A stretch of DNA of 64,000 nucleotides from positions 28,584,001 to 28,648,000 of the forward strand of contig CM119372.1 in NCBI GenBank assembly GCA_051294905.1, given 5' to 3'. Position 1 is the first letter of the stretch. Each line of letters begins with the position of its first letter. The position numbers were made by a program, and so were the translations under genes. The notes beneath the pieces were generated by a model, which saw nothing but the letters and a program-made list of their open reading frames with translations, did no database searches and was not told the DNA's origin. The stretch comes from Botryllus schlosseri (taxonomy: Eukaryota). Shown piece after piece: positions 49,359 to 64,000 of this stretch.

Positions 49359-51619
49359 CAGGGTTGTAATGACTCGAGTCACGGTTTTCTGATGACTCGA
49401 CTTGACTCAAGTCATTTTCTCAAAATAAGGAAATGACTCGACTCGACTCGAGTCAATATGTGTATTGACTAGACTTGGGCCCGAGTCATTACACATGACT
49501 CGAACCAAGTCATATGATTCGAGACTCAGACGGCGATTACGTTTCATTGTAATTTCGAAGAGTAGTAAATTACAAGCACCCTATTGGGAGTTCGTATATT
49601 GCAGTGATTCTTAACCTTTGTTTCTCCAGCGCCCCCTTTCAAAAATTGCTTGGGTCTGGCGCCCCCTATTTTAGGGACTGCAGTAAAAAACTGGGTAAGT
49701 GGCCAAAGTCCGGTATCGAGTTGAGACTTCACTGTTAGAACACTCGACTAATTAACGGTCAAATTGTATGAGCTATTTTCATGAATCATAAATCCAGGTT
49801 GGTATTATAACAATCATCGGGTAAGGCCTACGGGCTTATAGCATTTGGTTCGAGATTGATGTACACATCCGAAATTCTCCTCTGCGATTGGCAATACGGG
49901 GAAGTTAATTGTATTGGCTTTGTTTATTGCTTTGTGTGACTGCTAAGTCAACTGAGAATGTGGTAGAGATTTGCTGACATTAAATTTAGTACTGTACCAA
50001 GCTCTTAACTCTAACATGAATTGGGGTAACAACACTAAGCAGTATCATCCTTTATGATACGATGGAGAAATATTGTGACAAATTAATTTTATAGCTCTCA
50101 AATACAAGTATATTTAGTTAATCAATTTAGCCGAACATTTTCCAATCATTATTAATATACAAGGGACATCACTCTCAAAAGTTGCACAGTAGCCTACAAT
50201 GCCTTTTCAATTTCGACAAGTAGTGCGCTGCAGGATACAATACCTAGTTCAAAACATTTTGTGGAAAATAACCCGAGCTATCGGTATAAGTATCAATTTA
50301 TTATTAAACTCATCATTTCAAAACACCACAAAACTGCCCTACATTGAAAAGATAGTAAGGCGTCGAAACGACTTGGAGTAGCTAGCGTGACGGGAGAGTT
50401 ACAACGGGGAATCCAAAAGTATGCCTAATTCCTTTTACATGAATTAAAATAAACCACAGCATTCATGGAAACATGGTCGGTAGATATTTCGCGATGATCC
50501 CAATGAAAAACGTGATTTGACAGATTTTGTTGAGTGTTAGTTTGCAATGAGAACTCAGGGATATGAAGAACTATTGTTCTACTATTTAATCATACGTCTT
50601 TTCTAGCGTACACCATGTACTGCGGAGCCCTTTTCATTCAGGGCCCCCCATACGCCCCCTGAGCCCACCGCCCCCCATTTCACCCCCTGAGCGTTTCCGC
50701 CCCCTTCAAAATCAAAATCTCTCCCTGGGGGGCGCTGGAGACAAGGTTAAGAATTAGTGGTCCATTGGTACTGGAACTTAAAAATGCGACAAGAAACTAT
50801 TGAAAGTGAGGAAAATTAGTAGGCTATATTATAAATGCCAACCATTCGATATCACAAAACAGAGTTATAACAGTGGGTTTAACAAGACTTTATCTGGAAA
50901 CTGAGGAGTCAACACAATGACTTGGACTCGGACTAGAGTCATAATACCATGATTCGGACTCGAACCTCTGGTCGATGACGTGGACTCGGACTTGACTCGG
51001 TGGCGAATTGAAAACGACTCGACCTGACTTGAGTCAAAACTAAAAAAGTGAGATTGACTTGTGACTAGGGCTGGGCAAAATCGAGTACCTGAGTGATTCG
51101 ATTCCGAATCACTGAATATGCTTCGAGTCGAGTCGAGTAATCGAGTATCACTCGTCATGACGTCATAACAGATTGTAATGTGTCAAAGTTCAAATATGTA
51201 CCTTTTATGCGACCACAAAGAATATAATGCCTGTCATCCATCACATATTAAAGATACTTCGGTATTTTTCGACCATGCCGATTTCATTGGACTTGGTAAC
51301 AATGTTGTGGGATGATCATGACTTCGAAAATGTGCTATTTCCAGTAGCATTCGTAGCTTGAACTATACATCTCGTATGCTAGGAAACGCACAATCAAAGT
51401 TTCAAGGCGTTAGCAGTGAAATTAGTATAGAAATTATAAGTCTGTTTGATAAATTAACTTGCAGTTGTGAGAAGCATATAATTTCAGTACTCTAAAAAAT
51501 CGTCTTTTACTATTCGACTCGAATCATTAAAATGATTACTCGAATTAGATTCGAGTACTCGAATCATTGTGCCCAGCCCTACTTTTGACTCGGAGCCTTG
51601 TGACTTGGTTACAACCCTG
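49359..51619. mobile_element. GACTCGA-rich hAT MITE carrying two nested insertions (49602-50760 and 51066-51581)
   Basis: Outer TIR CAGGGTTGTAA, TSD CCACCAAG/CCATCTAG; inner TIR TAGGGCTGGGCA, TSD CTTGTGAC/CTTTTGAC; a reverse partial copy of the inner element lies at ~60125-60411. Confidence 0.85.
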
Positions 51620-54600
51620 CCATCTAGCGAATCGAATAAACACATAAATAGTGTCTGAATCTGGCCTTGCATAACTACTTGGCAACTTAATTCAGCGATT
51701 TGCACTGTATAAGTTTACAATGCACCGTGTCAGTAACAAATTGAACTACATGCTCAAAAGTGTCATTGCGCGACCTTTCAAATCGACATGTGCAGCAAGG
51801 TCACGTTTTTATTCTCTGGCGTCGCATATATATCTTCGTCTGAGGACTAATTAGTTAAATTGCTCAGCCCACATAGGCAACAGTCCCGTTTTGTGAAATG
51901 TGTAGTGATGATTCTTTTTCGAATCGCACAAGGCCATTGGTGATATGCTGAAGTGAAAAATTGCTGGTATGACGAATACCCACAATACAGTGATTACAGA
52001 GTAGGCCGCGGCATATCTAGCCCACCTAGATTTGGCGCCCATATATGAACATGGTTAGAAAAGGTGGAGCCAAGGAGGCAACAATTCAGAATTTTGTGAA
52101 CGATTACCGTATAATTATGTGAATTCAGCCAAAAATAATAGCATAACATCTCATGGAATACATCGGAGCCGGAGCTACACTTCAAAGTTCAAACAACCGG
52201 CTTCGGCTCCGGCTCCGGCTCCATTTGAATTTTATATAGATCTCCGGTTCCAGCTCCGACTCCGCTGAAAATGTACGGCTCTGTGACTCCGGCTCCTTGC
52301 TCCGGCTCCGTCTCCAAAGCCCTGGTCTTCACCGCCGCACTTGCTCGACGCGACCTCCATATTGTAGCTCCAATTCTTTATGTAGTACGTGAAAAATCTA
52401 TGATATGTCACTCACTTTGCTTCCACAATCCATATGATACAACAGCACGGACTCTCAATGACATTTGCAACATATGTATGTATTTGTAATTTGTATAATC
52501 ACCATACTGGTCGAGGCTCCGTTGTACGCTACATATAGGCTACTGTGCCGTGCTATGCTTATGTCTTATCATCTGAAACTAGCTACGATTGAACAATGAA
52601 GATTCTCAAGGACACACTCAAATTCACCATGAATATTAGAAACAGGCCTCTACAATAAATTATCCGAAATAAGTTACAGCCATTGAATACGTCGTTGGCC
52701 AATGGGTATTGTCGCAGTACTGTACCGGCGTATGCACTACAAAAATGCTATCATTTTACATTCATAATAATGAGACACACTCGGCACTACTTTCGTTGTA
52801 TCATTCTTGTGAATTGTGGATTCGTTAATATACAAATTATACATCTATATTAATTCCCCATTAGATCAGATGGCATTTGCACAGCAGGGTACCGGTATAG
52901 TGTACAGTAGTACACCAGTGGTTCTTGACCTGGCCTCCAGCGCCCCCCAAGGGGCTCTGGCGATTTTGAAAGGGGCGGAAACGCTCAGTGGGCGATATAG
53001 GGGGCGCTGGGCTCAGGGGAGCGATATTTGGGGCGCGAAGGAAAAATGGCTTCACAGTAGATGATGATGTGGTAGTAGGACATATCCTTAATGAAGCTGC
53101 AATTTATTGAAATTTCCACAGGTGTTTCACGCTCCAGCAGTCACGCAGAGATCGAACTTTACACAAAATGGCCGCGGCCAAAATTATTTTTTCGTTTTGC
53201 CCTTAAATTTGACACCACATCATTTTTAGAGTGCAGTGCCTTTTTAAGCGTCTATGGACAATTAGACTTATATACATCGAAGTTTACGGTCAACATAAGG
53301 GCAATCCTCTTCGGCAAAGGTTTTCTCGCTGACAATCTTTTTGGCACACTTCTCGGAGTCCCATATTGGCAGGAACTTCATATGTGTTCGCGCATCTTGG
53401 CGTGGTAATGGCCGACGCCGAAATGCCTATTTCTAATTTACATAATCATTTTTAATTATTTTTTTCGTGGAGGAGTCGTCAAAACATGATGAGTAATTTA
53501 TGTTCATTCACTGAAATAATTTAGGGCACCCTTCGAGCTCACCCCTCACCCCTCGCGATATTGGGTTTGGGTTGCAGCAGTTCCGGTACTGATAAGAGGT
53601 CAAATCCAGTGGCTCTTTTCGGGACTTAAGTATTAATCGCGCTCGAGGACAACTCAGCAATAATTAACCATATAATAATTATATGAGGTATATTCAGGGT
53701 CAAATCTAGGTTGTTATAACAACAATCGGGTACGGTCTCATACAATGTTCCCTCTAATTTTTTACGAGTCTGCGCAAACACGCCAACTCACTGCGCAGGC
53801 CCATAGACAACAGTGCGCAACCCGGCCCCCCATATAGTGATAAGCCTAATTTCTGGGGGGCATCCTACCCCCCAGACCCCCCTTCGGGCCTTACGCTTTT
53901 TGCCGCTACTTTTCATCTATATTGGGTGTCCGCTTAGTGGGTGTATAGCTTGGGCGCGCGAAGCGCGAAAAATTTATATAATTCATGATTGAATCGGTCA
54001 ATATGATCGGGAATTGCATATATAATGCTATCAATTTTTATCCTCTCTCTGCTCACGTTACCAGATTTACCGGTAGAGTTGATCGAATAAGGTGTGTTGG
54101 AAAAGGTAGGACCCCTAAATAATAATCAAATATCTTCGGGCGTACCCGCTGGTAATGACTTCGGTACATGATGCTCTTTCGTGTCCTCCTATCTGACGTG
54201 TCAAAAGATATTGAAATCGTCCAAACGTACTAAACTGAGACGTACACGACTTCAAATTGTTATTTCTTCTTTGAATAAGTTGCATAAATTTCCAAAAAAT
54301 TACTTCATGATTTATGTTTATTCACAAAATAATTTTGGTTCCCCTTCGTGCTCGGGCCGCCCAATTGGGGGGTTTGGGGTGCGGCAGTTACGGTCCTGTG
54401 CGTAACACCAGACGTGCGTGTATCCATTCGAGTCACATGATTCGTTGATAGAATCAAAATACAGCATTTACATTTAGATTTATTGCATTACACCAGATAA
54501 TCACATTATGAGTGACGATGGGGAACTACGCTCTAAACATGATGTGGTCTCGACTTGAAGTTAAGTCATTGAGGGCATTTTTTTCTCAGAACGCCGTCGC

Positions 54601-54936
54601 GTTTGGGCTTCTGCTGAAATATTTTTGGGATATGCACCATAGCACACGTGCTACTTTGTGGTGTCGCAAAGGACTAAGAAGCATTCACCCGCAATTGCGA
54701 TAAACCTCGACATCATGGATATCGCACGTGTTCTGTGGTGCATATTTTGAGGGTGTTTTGGCTACAGTTCGAGTGCGGTGGCTTTCTGAAGAAAATGAAT
54801 GCTATTCTTTTGCATATTTTGCTTCTCTACATATTTTGCAGAGCACACCTTTTTCGCTCGAAAAATAAAAATTCTCACCTAATTTCACAGTTTTTTTCTT
54901 CCGTTTTCACATGCCCCGACAACAGCTATGTTAAAC

Positions 54937-57900
54937 TAGGGTTGCCATACGTCCGGAATTTCCCGGACTTTTCCGGAATTTCACTGTAAAAACTGCGTCC
55001 GGTAGGAATTTCTAAAATACGCCTAAATGTCCGGAATTTTGAAGACTTGAAGTAAGCTAATTTTTTTTTATAAATCATAAACAAGATTATTTTTGGACAG
55101 ATTTATGCTACATGAAATTTTTCTTCGCGCTGCGCGCGATTTAGTATCAGGAATATTGGTTTTAATCCTTTGTGGACTAGCGTAACAAATTCGGTACATA
55201 GCGAATTACATCATTTTATACCGACTTTACGCATACTTGACACAGCCACGACGGCCGTCGCAGATAGTACACATTCCGAACTTACCTTTAGCGCCTTTTA
55301 AAATAGAGTGTTTGGAATGCAAGGTGGGTGTCCCGGACGTTGTTTATTGCATTGGCATGTCTAAGTGAAGTCGGTGGACCCACGTTCTTTGCTGCTTCGC
55401 GGTCGAAGGATTTGGTGAGTATATTCGTTAATAAAAATATGTATAGGATTCTTTACACCAGAAATAACATAGCCAGAAGTGTTTTGGATCAATAATATGT
55501 TATTTTACTTGGCAATGTTGAAAATGAGGAGTGATGCGAATTTGCATCATTGGCCTTTTGTTGGTAAACTCTGACAACATTCCTACTACTGAAATATTTC
55601 CATATTGAATAGCTATTTACGTGAGGAAAGTGGGGAATAGATTCACCAACTTCACGAGTCAAGAAAGTGCCTTGATACAGTGCATAAAGACAAGGAATAT
55701 GTATAAACTAACTACTAGAATTCAGTGTGCATGCCTCCTCTTTACATCGCCTAAGCCAAGGTGGGTGTCTGATTCCACAGACTATACTTCAAGTCGCTTC
55801 GACACCTTCCTGTCCTTTCATTGTATCGCATTTTTGTGGTGTATTGAACTGATAAAAATTGCTAATAAACCAATGATGATAGAATAGTGCTAAACAGATA
55901 GCAAATATTATCGATAATTTCAATCAGAATATGCTGCTGCAGCAATGGACACCAGATGTTTTTATGGAAAAAAAATCACTCATCAAGTGACGTTACACTG
56001 AAAAGGCATTACAGATGGTGGCTGTGATTCTGACGATGAAGAACGTTCTACTGCAGCAACTTCTGCTACCATGTGATAAATGAGCTCGGATGAATCCTCT
56101 TCACCCGATGAATCTGATGAAGATTCCTCAATCGTTTTTTCAAAAGTTGAAAAAGGAAAAACACCGGGTCATATTGTATGTAGACCGCATGAACCGCAAC
56201 GAAAATCTATCTGGAAAACAATTCAAGGTGAAAAGATCCCTTGCTACTAATTTCCTATGTGGAAGGCAGAATTGCTCGACAGTGACTACTCTATTTCTTC
56301 TCCGCACACATATTTCGAATATCTTGTTGGAGCGGAATTGCTGGACAGGATTGTTAATGAGAGCAATTTATTTGCTGTTCAAACTAATCCAACGAAGGCA
56401 ATACACATGACCAGAGATGATTTTGAAAAATTCTTGGGATGTTGCATGCATATGTCTATCGTAAAAATGCGAAGATCCTATATGTACTGGGCCAATGATA
56501 CTAGATATGATAAAGTTTCTGATATCATGTCCCAAAATCGATGGAAGCAAATCAAATCTTTCTTGCTCATTGTTCATCCCGCATAAGGTGATTTTATGCA
56601 GTAGGAACTGTGCGATCAAACAGACTGTCTGGCTGACAATTCAGTATTGGCACTGACAGCAGGACAAGAAGGAGAGGGAGATTTGAAGTAATGGAAGTTT
56701 CTCTGGACGGCGTTAGTATTCAGGCAGTAAAGTGGTATGACAATCGCAGTGTGCTATTGGCCAGTATCTTTGTCGAAGCAAATCATGTTAGGAAAATTAA
56801 AAGATGGCACAGGAGACGAAGTAACGCTCACAGGTGGACTACCCATTCATTATCGAACAGTACAATTCATTTATGGGTGAGGTTGATCTTCTGGATGCCT
56901 ATTTGGCTTATTACAGAACATGTATCCGCTCAAAAAAATATCACATGTAATTGTACTTTCATGTGTCGTCAATAGTTAGTTGCTGTACAGGCGGGACTGG
57001 GATTTTCTGCAATTTCCGAAATAGAAGCAAAAAGGTCTGCTTGCTTCCAAATTATATGCAGAATACCTGGTAAAATATGGAAAATTAGTAACCGGAGAAA
57101 AAGAGGGTGGCCATCCCTCTGTATCCAGCAGGAGTATCATAAGACAAGGAAAAGAGGACCAATAAAGCCCACCCAAACGTGACCAAGTGGGTCACACGCC
57201 TGCCGTGGACACCAGGCAGAGATACAAGAGACAAACCTGCAAAGAGCAATCGGCTATAAAATGTGTCAAATGTCATGTACATCTGTGCCTGAACAAAAAC
57301 TCTAACTGTTTTGCTTATTTTCAACAATAATTTCAATTGTCAAAACTGCCCTGTTTTGTTTCGATTTTTTGTCGCGAAAGCCTGACGTCGCAAATTTGCG
57401 ACAAACATTTAAAATAATAAATATTGAAAAAAAAATTAAAGTTTTGTTGACCAATGTCTAAGTTGAGGCAAAACAATTAAAGTTACGCATAGAAATAATT
57501 TTTCCAATCATAGAGAATATATTCAGTCCACAAAGGGTAAGAAGACTACCACCCTCGCAAAAATGGCGATCAAAAATAAATATAAAATGACGTTCATTTA
57601 CAAAAAGAAGTCTGATTGTAATCGCAATTACAAGATGACGGTATATTCATAGAGTCGGTTTAGGGCAGGCCGTTTGGAAGCTTTATTCAAAGATGGCGGT
57701 TCTAAACCTGAGGGTAGTTTGCCTTTATTCTGGGTTTCGCGAAGATATTGAAGCGAACGTAATTAGCTTCCCAAATAGGCCGTGACTAAGTCTGGGCAAA
57801 TGTGCTGACATTTAATTAGTAATCAGCTCATCAAATGTTGAGCTGGGCCACGGCACATTTTCAAATTGGAAATGGAGTAGCGACCATTAAAGGTTGGAAA

Positions 57901-58453
57901 CCACCGGATGTGCGGTGTTTATATAGCTCAGTGGTGCAGAGCGCACCGGCATTATGCTGATAAATAATCTTATCGGCGTGACATGAACATGACTTAACGA
58001 TGTACAATTACGCTCCTTGCATTTTCGAAGTCACCCTCTCCTACCAGCTCTACCGCTAACTCTGATCATGTGGGCGGAGAGAGGATCAGAATTATACAGT
58101 AATGTGTGGAAGAACCAATAATATTGACACAACTCATTCAAATCATTCAACGACTAGATGCATATAGTAAGCCCCCAGAAGTTGCATCGAATACCCTACG
58201 GGGGGGGGGAGGGGCGAGATCAGTGTTTATTTGGGCGGGAGGAGCTGAAAAAATGTGGCTTCGGCCCTGATTACAACTTACAATACACAACCACATACTC
58301 CTATACCGGATCGTGACCACCTTTAGTCGATAGACAAAGCGTTGCTGGTGTGACGTCATATTGATCGACAATGTGCTAACATCTCATTTTGAAATCCGCT
58401 AGTGGGCGCTGAAGAGCGTCCGGAATTTGTGAAACAAAAATATGGTAACCCTA
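54937..58453. mobile_element. hAT-type non-autonomous element hosting a piggyBac
   Basis: TIR TAGGGTT(G/A)CCATA; perfect TSD TGTTAAAC at 54929-54936 and 58454-58461; GTCCGGAATTT subterminal repeats. Confidence 0.9.
55166..57537 (+). mobile_element. Degenerate piggyBac element with PGBD-like transposase relic (~55945-57330)
   Basis: TIR (T/C)CCTTTGTGGACT; TTAA on the left, degenerate on the right; motifs IVNESNLFAVQ, FLGCCMHMSIV...YW...MSQNRW, VKWYDNRSVLLAS, YNSFMGEVDLLD, CVKCHVHLCLNKNSNCF; frameshifts and an internal deletion. Confidence 0.9.
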
Positions 58454-60953
58454 TGTTAAACGAATCGCACTTTTTTGCTAATTTGGCTTGGTGAGGAGAT
58501 GAGAAACTACCCATTCGTTCTGCCATTATTAAAAGCGTTCAGTATAAACAGTGCAGAATTAGCGAATATTCACTCAACGTTGGCCACACAAGCAAACAGC
58601 TATAGCCAGAACACTTGTAGCGACACAAATGGACGTCTGTAACCGCAAGTACTATAGACGGCGAATCGGAATTTTGTGCGATCATCTGTGACGTCACAAT
58701 AAATCCGTGTAAATGGTGACATAGGCTGCTATAGATTACTAATAAACGACATACACGCACGAGAACGCACTTCAAATCAATAAAGCGATCGATGTAGGCC
58801 TACCGCGTTAAAACACTGATGTGACGTCTTGATACCGGCAATATGCGCTCATTACTATCAAGACATAGAGTCAGATATAATGATACGAATATTCAAGTCT
58901 GACTGAAGCAAGAACAATATCAGTGTATGACCTTATCGACGGAAGATTCCTGTTCAAACGAATCGAACAAACCCAAAATTTGTGCTGCTCAGAAGCTGAT
59001 GTAATTCAACGCCCTTCAGTGCACAGTTGTAGCATTTCCCGATCAACGTTTGCAAAGGGATAGATGTTTTAAACAATATTGGTGGTTGTACTTGCATATT
59101 CTGCATATTATCATATCTCACCATACGTGATCAGATTCGCCTGACGGAAGTGATGACTTCGAAAAGTCACGGCATTTAATTGCACCGAAAATCTTACGCG
59201 ATGCTCATGCCACGCGGAAAAGACTATACGTTAGTTTCTCGCAAATTAACTTCGAGCTAGCTCATTGTTATTTATAACTTTGTCAAACCATGTTATTTCG
59301 CCATTTCCAGAAAAGATTGCGCTATTGAAATGATATCAGTATCGCTCACGCGTACCGCGCACGGGACCATACTATTACCATAGTGTCCTATATGGTGTCG
59401 ACACAAGCAAATCTCACACCTCAGTGAAATTGTATCACGTCACACTTTCCATTTGGCTACAGGCAATTTGACGGTCAGTTTGGACCAGCTTGCCGAGCAT
59501 TAAATTTGGTAAAACGAGTATCAATCGAAAGCTGACTCTGCACTGATTACGAAAATAAATTTTATTCCGCTCGTGGCCGTGGAACTCCCACAATCAGCCT
59601 CGAATTTTTCATTGCCAGCGTAATCCATATATTGTCTTCCAACATAGCTTCTAAGATGCAAAATAAATGTAATCGTGATTACTTTTCCAATGTAATCGTA
59701 ATCGTAATCGACTACTTCCTGATTTTGCTGTAATCATAATCGTAATCGCGTCGTTCAGAAGTAATCGTAATCACAATCGATTACATTCATGAAGTAATCA
59801 CCCCATGTCTGGTAATCGGTGTCTTATAAAAAGCCTAGAAGTGGGCCGTGCTACAAGTCGGCAGCGACGGCATAAAATGAGGAAAATTGGCCTGGTGTAA
59901 ATGACCACAGCAGTCGACAAACACCATGAATAAAACAAACAAACAGATACCAGAGGAAAACGACCAAAGTTCAGTAGTGGTTGAAAATAAGACAAAATAA
60001 GGACACAAGTCGAAAATAAGGACATTTCTTAAAAATAACGACAGTCGAGTTTTCTAAGACGAAGCCTTTCAAAATAAGGACAAATCTTAGAAATAAGGAC
60101 GGTATGGCAACCCTGCATATAGTACAAAGCTATGAACGTTGATGGAAATAGCACATTTCCGAAGTCATGATCATGCCACAACATTGTCACCAAGTGCAAT
60201 GAAATCGGTATGGTCGAAAAAATACCAAAGAATCTTTATTGTGATGGATAACAGGCACTTTATTCTTTGTGATCGCATGAAAGGTAGACTTTGACATATA
60301 ATATTATGGTATGACGTCATAATGAGTGATACTCGATTACTCGACTCGACTCGAAGCATATTACGTGATTCAGAATCGAATCACTCAGGTACTCGATTTT
60401 GCCCAGCCCTACTCGCCGACTAATTCCAAACTTTGTCGCGAGTTGCGGGCTCAGTCGCAGTAGAAAATACGCACGCGCTCTTATTTCGACGATGCTGTTG
60501 CAATCTTTTCTAATCGTTCAACTTCCTAATTTAACATTCTCGTGTACCAGATGCGTAATTTATCTTGGGTCACGGTGAAGGCTCAAGCGCTGTATGATAT
60601 CCAACAAGCCCAGAAAAAGAATGATTCAACCTCAAGTTGATAACTTAAAGATGGATGAACGAAATGAAGATATATTTGATAATTAAATTACTATATGTTC
60701 ACAATAAAAGATGAATAACAGAGAACATGACCGCTAGCCCGCCAATGCCACTGACATGCTTGACATTACGAAAGTACCGGTAGGCCAAGAAGAGTAGGCC
60801 TATATATTTATAAAGATATCTGATTGATGAACTATGTCAGGGCGTTTCAACGATAATAGACACCTTCTTGTTTATATTATTTGTATCTTGGGTACTGTAT
60901 ATTGTGCATCTGCGTCTTGAGTTGAAATAATAAACTGAGTTTTCGAATTTGAG

Positions 60954-62347
60954 GGGGAGACCGGGGACAAATGTAACTAGGGGCAAATGTAACAATCGAC
61001 CTCACCGCTAGTAGGGTGGATAAATCGCCTTGATATTTTGTGTGCGAATGTGGTAGTTATCTCTCCTAACATGTCTGAAGTTACGATGAGATACGACGCG
61101 ATACTCTGAAATAATTTGAAAAAAACTGAATTTTGCACACTTGAGTAAAAATTTTCTGATCTGGAATAATTTGTTCAGACGAATAATACCTAAAGTGGTT
61201 ACAACGTAATATATGTAGCTGGAACAATGTTATCACCGTCTACCGTGATGATGGAAAAACTAGGACTTGCATCGCCGGAAAGGTACCATACTGAGACACT
61301 AATCATGGTCGAGCGTGTCAGGGGCAAACGTAACACTCTGTTATTTTTGCCCCGTTAAAATATCTTTTCAATGCTGAATATCTTTGTTCTTATGTTGGTA
61401 TAACCATTTATGTACTGCAGATGAATCTTGAAACAGCCAGAAGTTCAATACCAGAACAAATAATACCTTGCCATACCAATTCTAACATGATTATCTGTCG
61501 GAACGGTCATACAGCAGAGGTGATGTGAATCTTACGGTTCGGTTATTTCCATGATTCTACCACCCTTTCTCATGTTGATCAACTCTTGGTGTGTCAACCT
61601 TCAGTGGTCACTTAAGAACTTGTCCATGACAGAATCCTCATCCCCTGACTCTCAGCATGGCCCAATTATATTTTGTCATTTGTTGTGAAGAATTTATTTT
61701 AATTTTGTACAGAACAGGAGAATGCCATTAGCTTTGACTCCACAAAATGTTGTGTCCTCGTTTTGCTACACTATCATCGACCCATTCAACCAAAATATTT
61801 TAGCCAGGTCGGTTTCGCACCTTCGCAGGTGATCCAATGTCCAACCCATTGTGCACGTTGAACAACAGCACCTTGGTAGAAGATGTCTAATCTGTGTAGG
61901 GAGATGATGGAATGAATGTGGTTCTTGTAGACTTTGAGCTCATGAAGAAGGTACGAAGGGTGATATTGTATTCAAATGACAAAATGCTATGGGGCGTAGC
62001 CTGGAAGCGTTCAAACTTCTATTTCTTTAGTTAAATGCAATAATGCAAGTTGTGGTCGCGTTTTCGTTGTTCATTTCGTTTGTTTTTACTTATAAATAAC
62101 ACTATTGTAATTGCCCCGCATGGGTGGTACAATTGCCCCTGGGTACGGGGCGATTGTAATATTTGAGCGGCGATTTTCGCGACCCAAAATTTCCATGATT
62201 GAGTGTTGATTGAGTTCCATTTTAGTTTTTATATAGACTATCGAGTTGTTGGCTTCTTTATATAAAACTTTGGAAATGAAATTTCCATGAGAACAACACG
62301 TCATGTTGGAAAATCCAAAAAGTGTTACAATTGTCCCCGGTCTCCCC
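60954..62347 (+). mobile_element. pogo/Fot1-like Tc1-mariner non-autonomous element
   Basis: TIR GGGGAGACCGGGGACAA(A/T)TGTAAC; relic LTPQNVVSSFCYTIIDPFNQNI (~61730-61800) resembling the pogo TxxNIxSGFxxxGIxPFN motif. Confidence 0.8.
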
Positions 62348-63713
62348 AATATCTTAGTGGCATTATGGTGTATTCCTTATCAAAATTCGGAGCATCAGCA
62401 AAATGCTGTCAGTACACATAGAAGACACATATGTGTACTTGTGTCACAGGAAGTATCTTGATGTGTTCTACAATAGTAATAACCAAGAACCTATACTGTT
62501 ACGAAATCATTAAGCTGGTACAGAACAGATAGGCCTACGTTACGACTCGGTGTCCCAGTGTGCAGCGGAACGCAGCTACCGCTATCGTGAGCGCGACATG
62601 ATCGGGGAATTACCTGTTTTAGTCGTGTCGCAAAGCCAGTGTGCAGCAGCCTTATAAGAAAAATCTCTTACGTGAGGCGCACGTGATTGCAAATTCTCGT
62701 TTCTTCACGGAGCGCAATATCTACATTTGCGGACGGCACTTGTACCTCGGTTTCAGACTTCAGCGATAGCAGTATTTGCCTCTGACAATGTTCCCTCTAA
62801 TTTCTCAGAAATCTGCGTGCCTGCGCGGTCCCTTGGACAACAGTGCGCAACGACTAAAAAAAAAGTCATCACTTCGGATTTTTTGTGCGCAGCCTAGATT
62901 TTCTGTGCGCGGAGACCGTTTCAGCACTGCGCATTTGCGCACGTGCGCAGCTCAGACGGAACGTTGGTCTCATACCCTGTGGTTCGAACCGGATGTACGC
63001 ATCCCGAATTCACATCTGCGATTGGCAATACGGGGAAATTGATGGTATTGGATTTCGTTTTAGTGCTTTGTGTGACTAAGTAAGTTAATTAAGAATGGGA
63101 TGCATATATCTGCTCAATTTGAATCTATAGTACTGTACCCAGTTAATAATTTTACCATGAAGAAATTCCGAACCAAGCAACTCATATTAATAAACGTTAA
63201 TGTTAGGTTGTGGACCACAACACTTGAGAGTGTCATCCTTTATGATACGATGAAGAAAATATTTTGACGATTTAATTTTGTAGCTCTCAAATACAAGTAT
63301 ATTTAGTTATTCCTTTCGTGCACAAAGCTTCAAAGCATATTTTATGTACAAGGGGTTCTCACTCTTAAAAGTGATAAACAGTGTTTCCTTCGATATCGAC
63401 ACGCTGTGCGCTGCAGGATATAATACCTATAGCTCAAAACATTTTGTTGAAAATAACCCTAGCAAGCGTGACGGTGGTGTTTTGACGGAAAATTGGCGAT
63501 CTAAAAGTACGCGCAGTCCATTTTATATGAATTAAGTAACCTGCTACATTTAAGAAAACATATGTAGCAAACGTCGCCGCGTAGCGCGACCAAAAATTTC
63601 GAGATTTGTCATGTTTTGTGGAATGTTAATTTGCTCTGATTACTCATTAGGAATTTGATTTCAAGTTGAGAAATTAACAAAATGATTGAATATCATCGGT
63701 AAAGACATAGTTC

Positions 63714-64000
63714 AGCGGTTCTCAACCGGGGGTCCGCGGACCCCTGGGGGTCCGCGAAGCATTTTCAGGGGGTCCGCGAAGCCCTAAAATATTTGATAAC
63801 CTAATTTGTATTTTTTTAATTCTGAAAATCGCGAAGAAGTTTCGATTCATTACTAGTAAAACTCCAGAGCTCAAATCAACAGAATGGTTGTCTGAGATGA
63901 AATATCCTACTGTACAGATCATTTTAACTGCTAAATTGCCCACTGATAAAAACATTTTGATGTTTAGAGATTTTTGTTGGGGATTGTGGGAAAGAAAAGT
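63714..64000. mobile_element. Left end of a Charlie-type element running off the window
   Basis: CAGCGGTTCTCAACCGGGGGTCCGCG, homologous to the 8198 and 18105 ends. Confidence 0.75.

Overview
AT-rich eukaryotic (animal) genomic DNA, densely packed with nested DNA transposons: hAT/Charlie MITEs with 8-bp TSDs, two piggyBac relics, a CACTA/EnSpm element, a Harbinger transposase, a pogo-like element, a probable Polinton/Maverick end, two long foldback elements and a tRNA-derived SINE family. It also holds a near-intact 5.5-kb hAT transposon with a single 2-bp frameshift and an intronless class A GPCR pseudogene. The main result is a small spliced gene at about 43.0-44.7 kb (+) that the ORF track misses. 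It has a TATA box, an Inr and 5 exons, and encodes a 101-aa secreted precursor: a signal peptide, then the octapeptide WLHVHFHF-G, acidic His/Glu-rich spacers and a second VHFHW motif. The core closely resembles the ascidian antimicrobial octapeptide plicatamide (FFHLHFH-dcDeltaDOPA), which suggests a tunicate genome and a gene-encoded plicatamide-like precursor (inference). A disrupted cystine-knot-like gene may lie on the minus strand at 2.5-8.1 kb. All calls were made by eye, without database searches.
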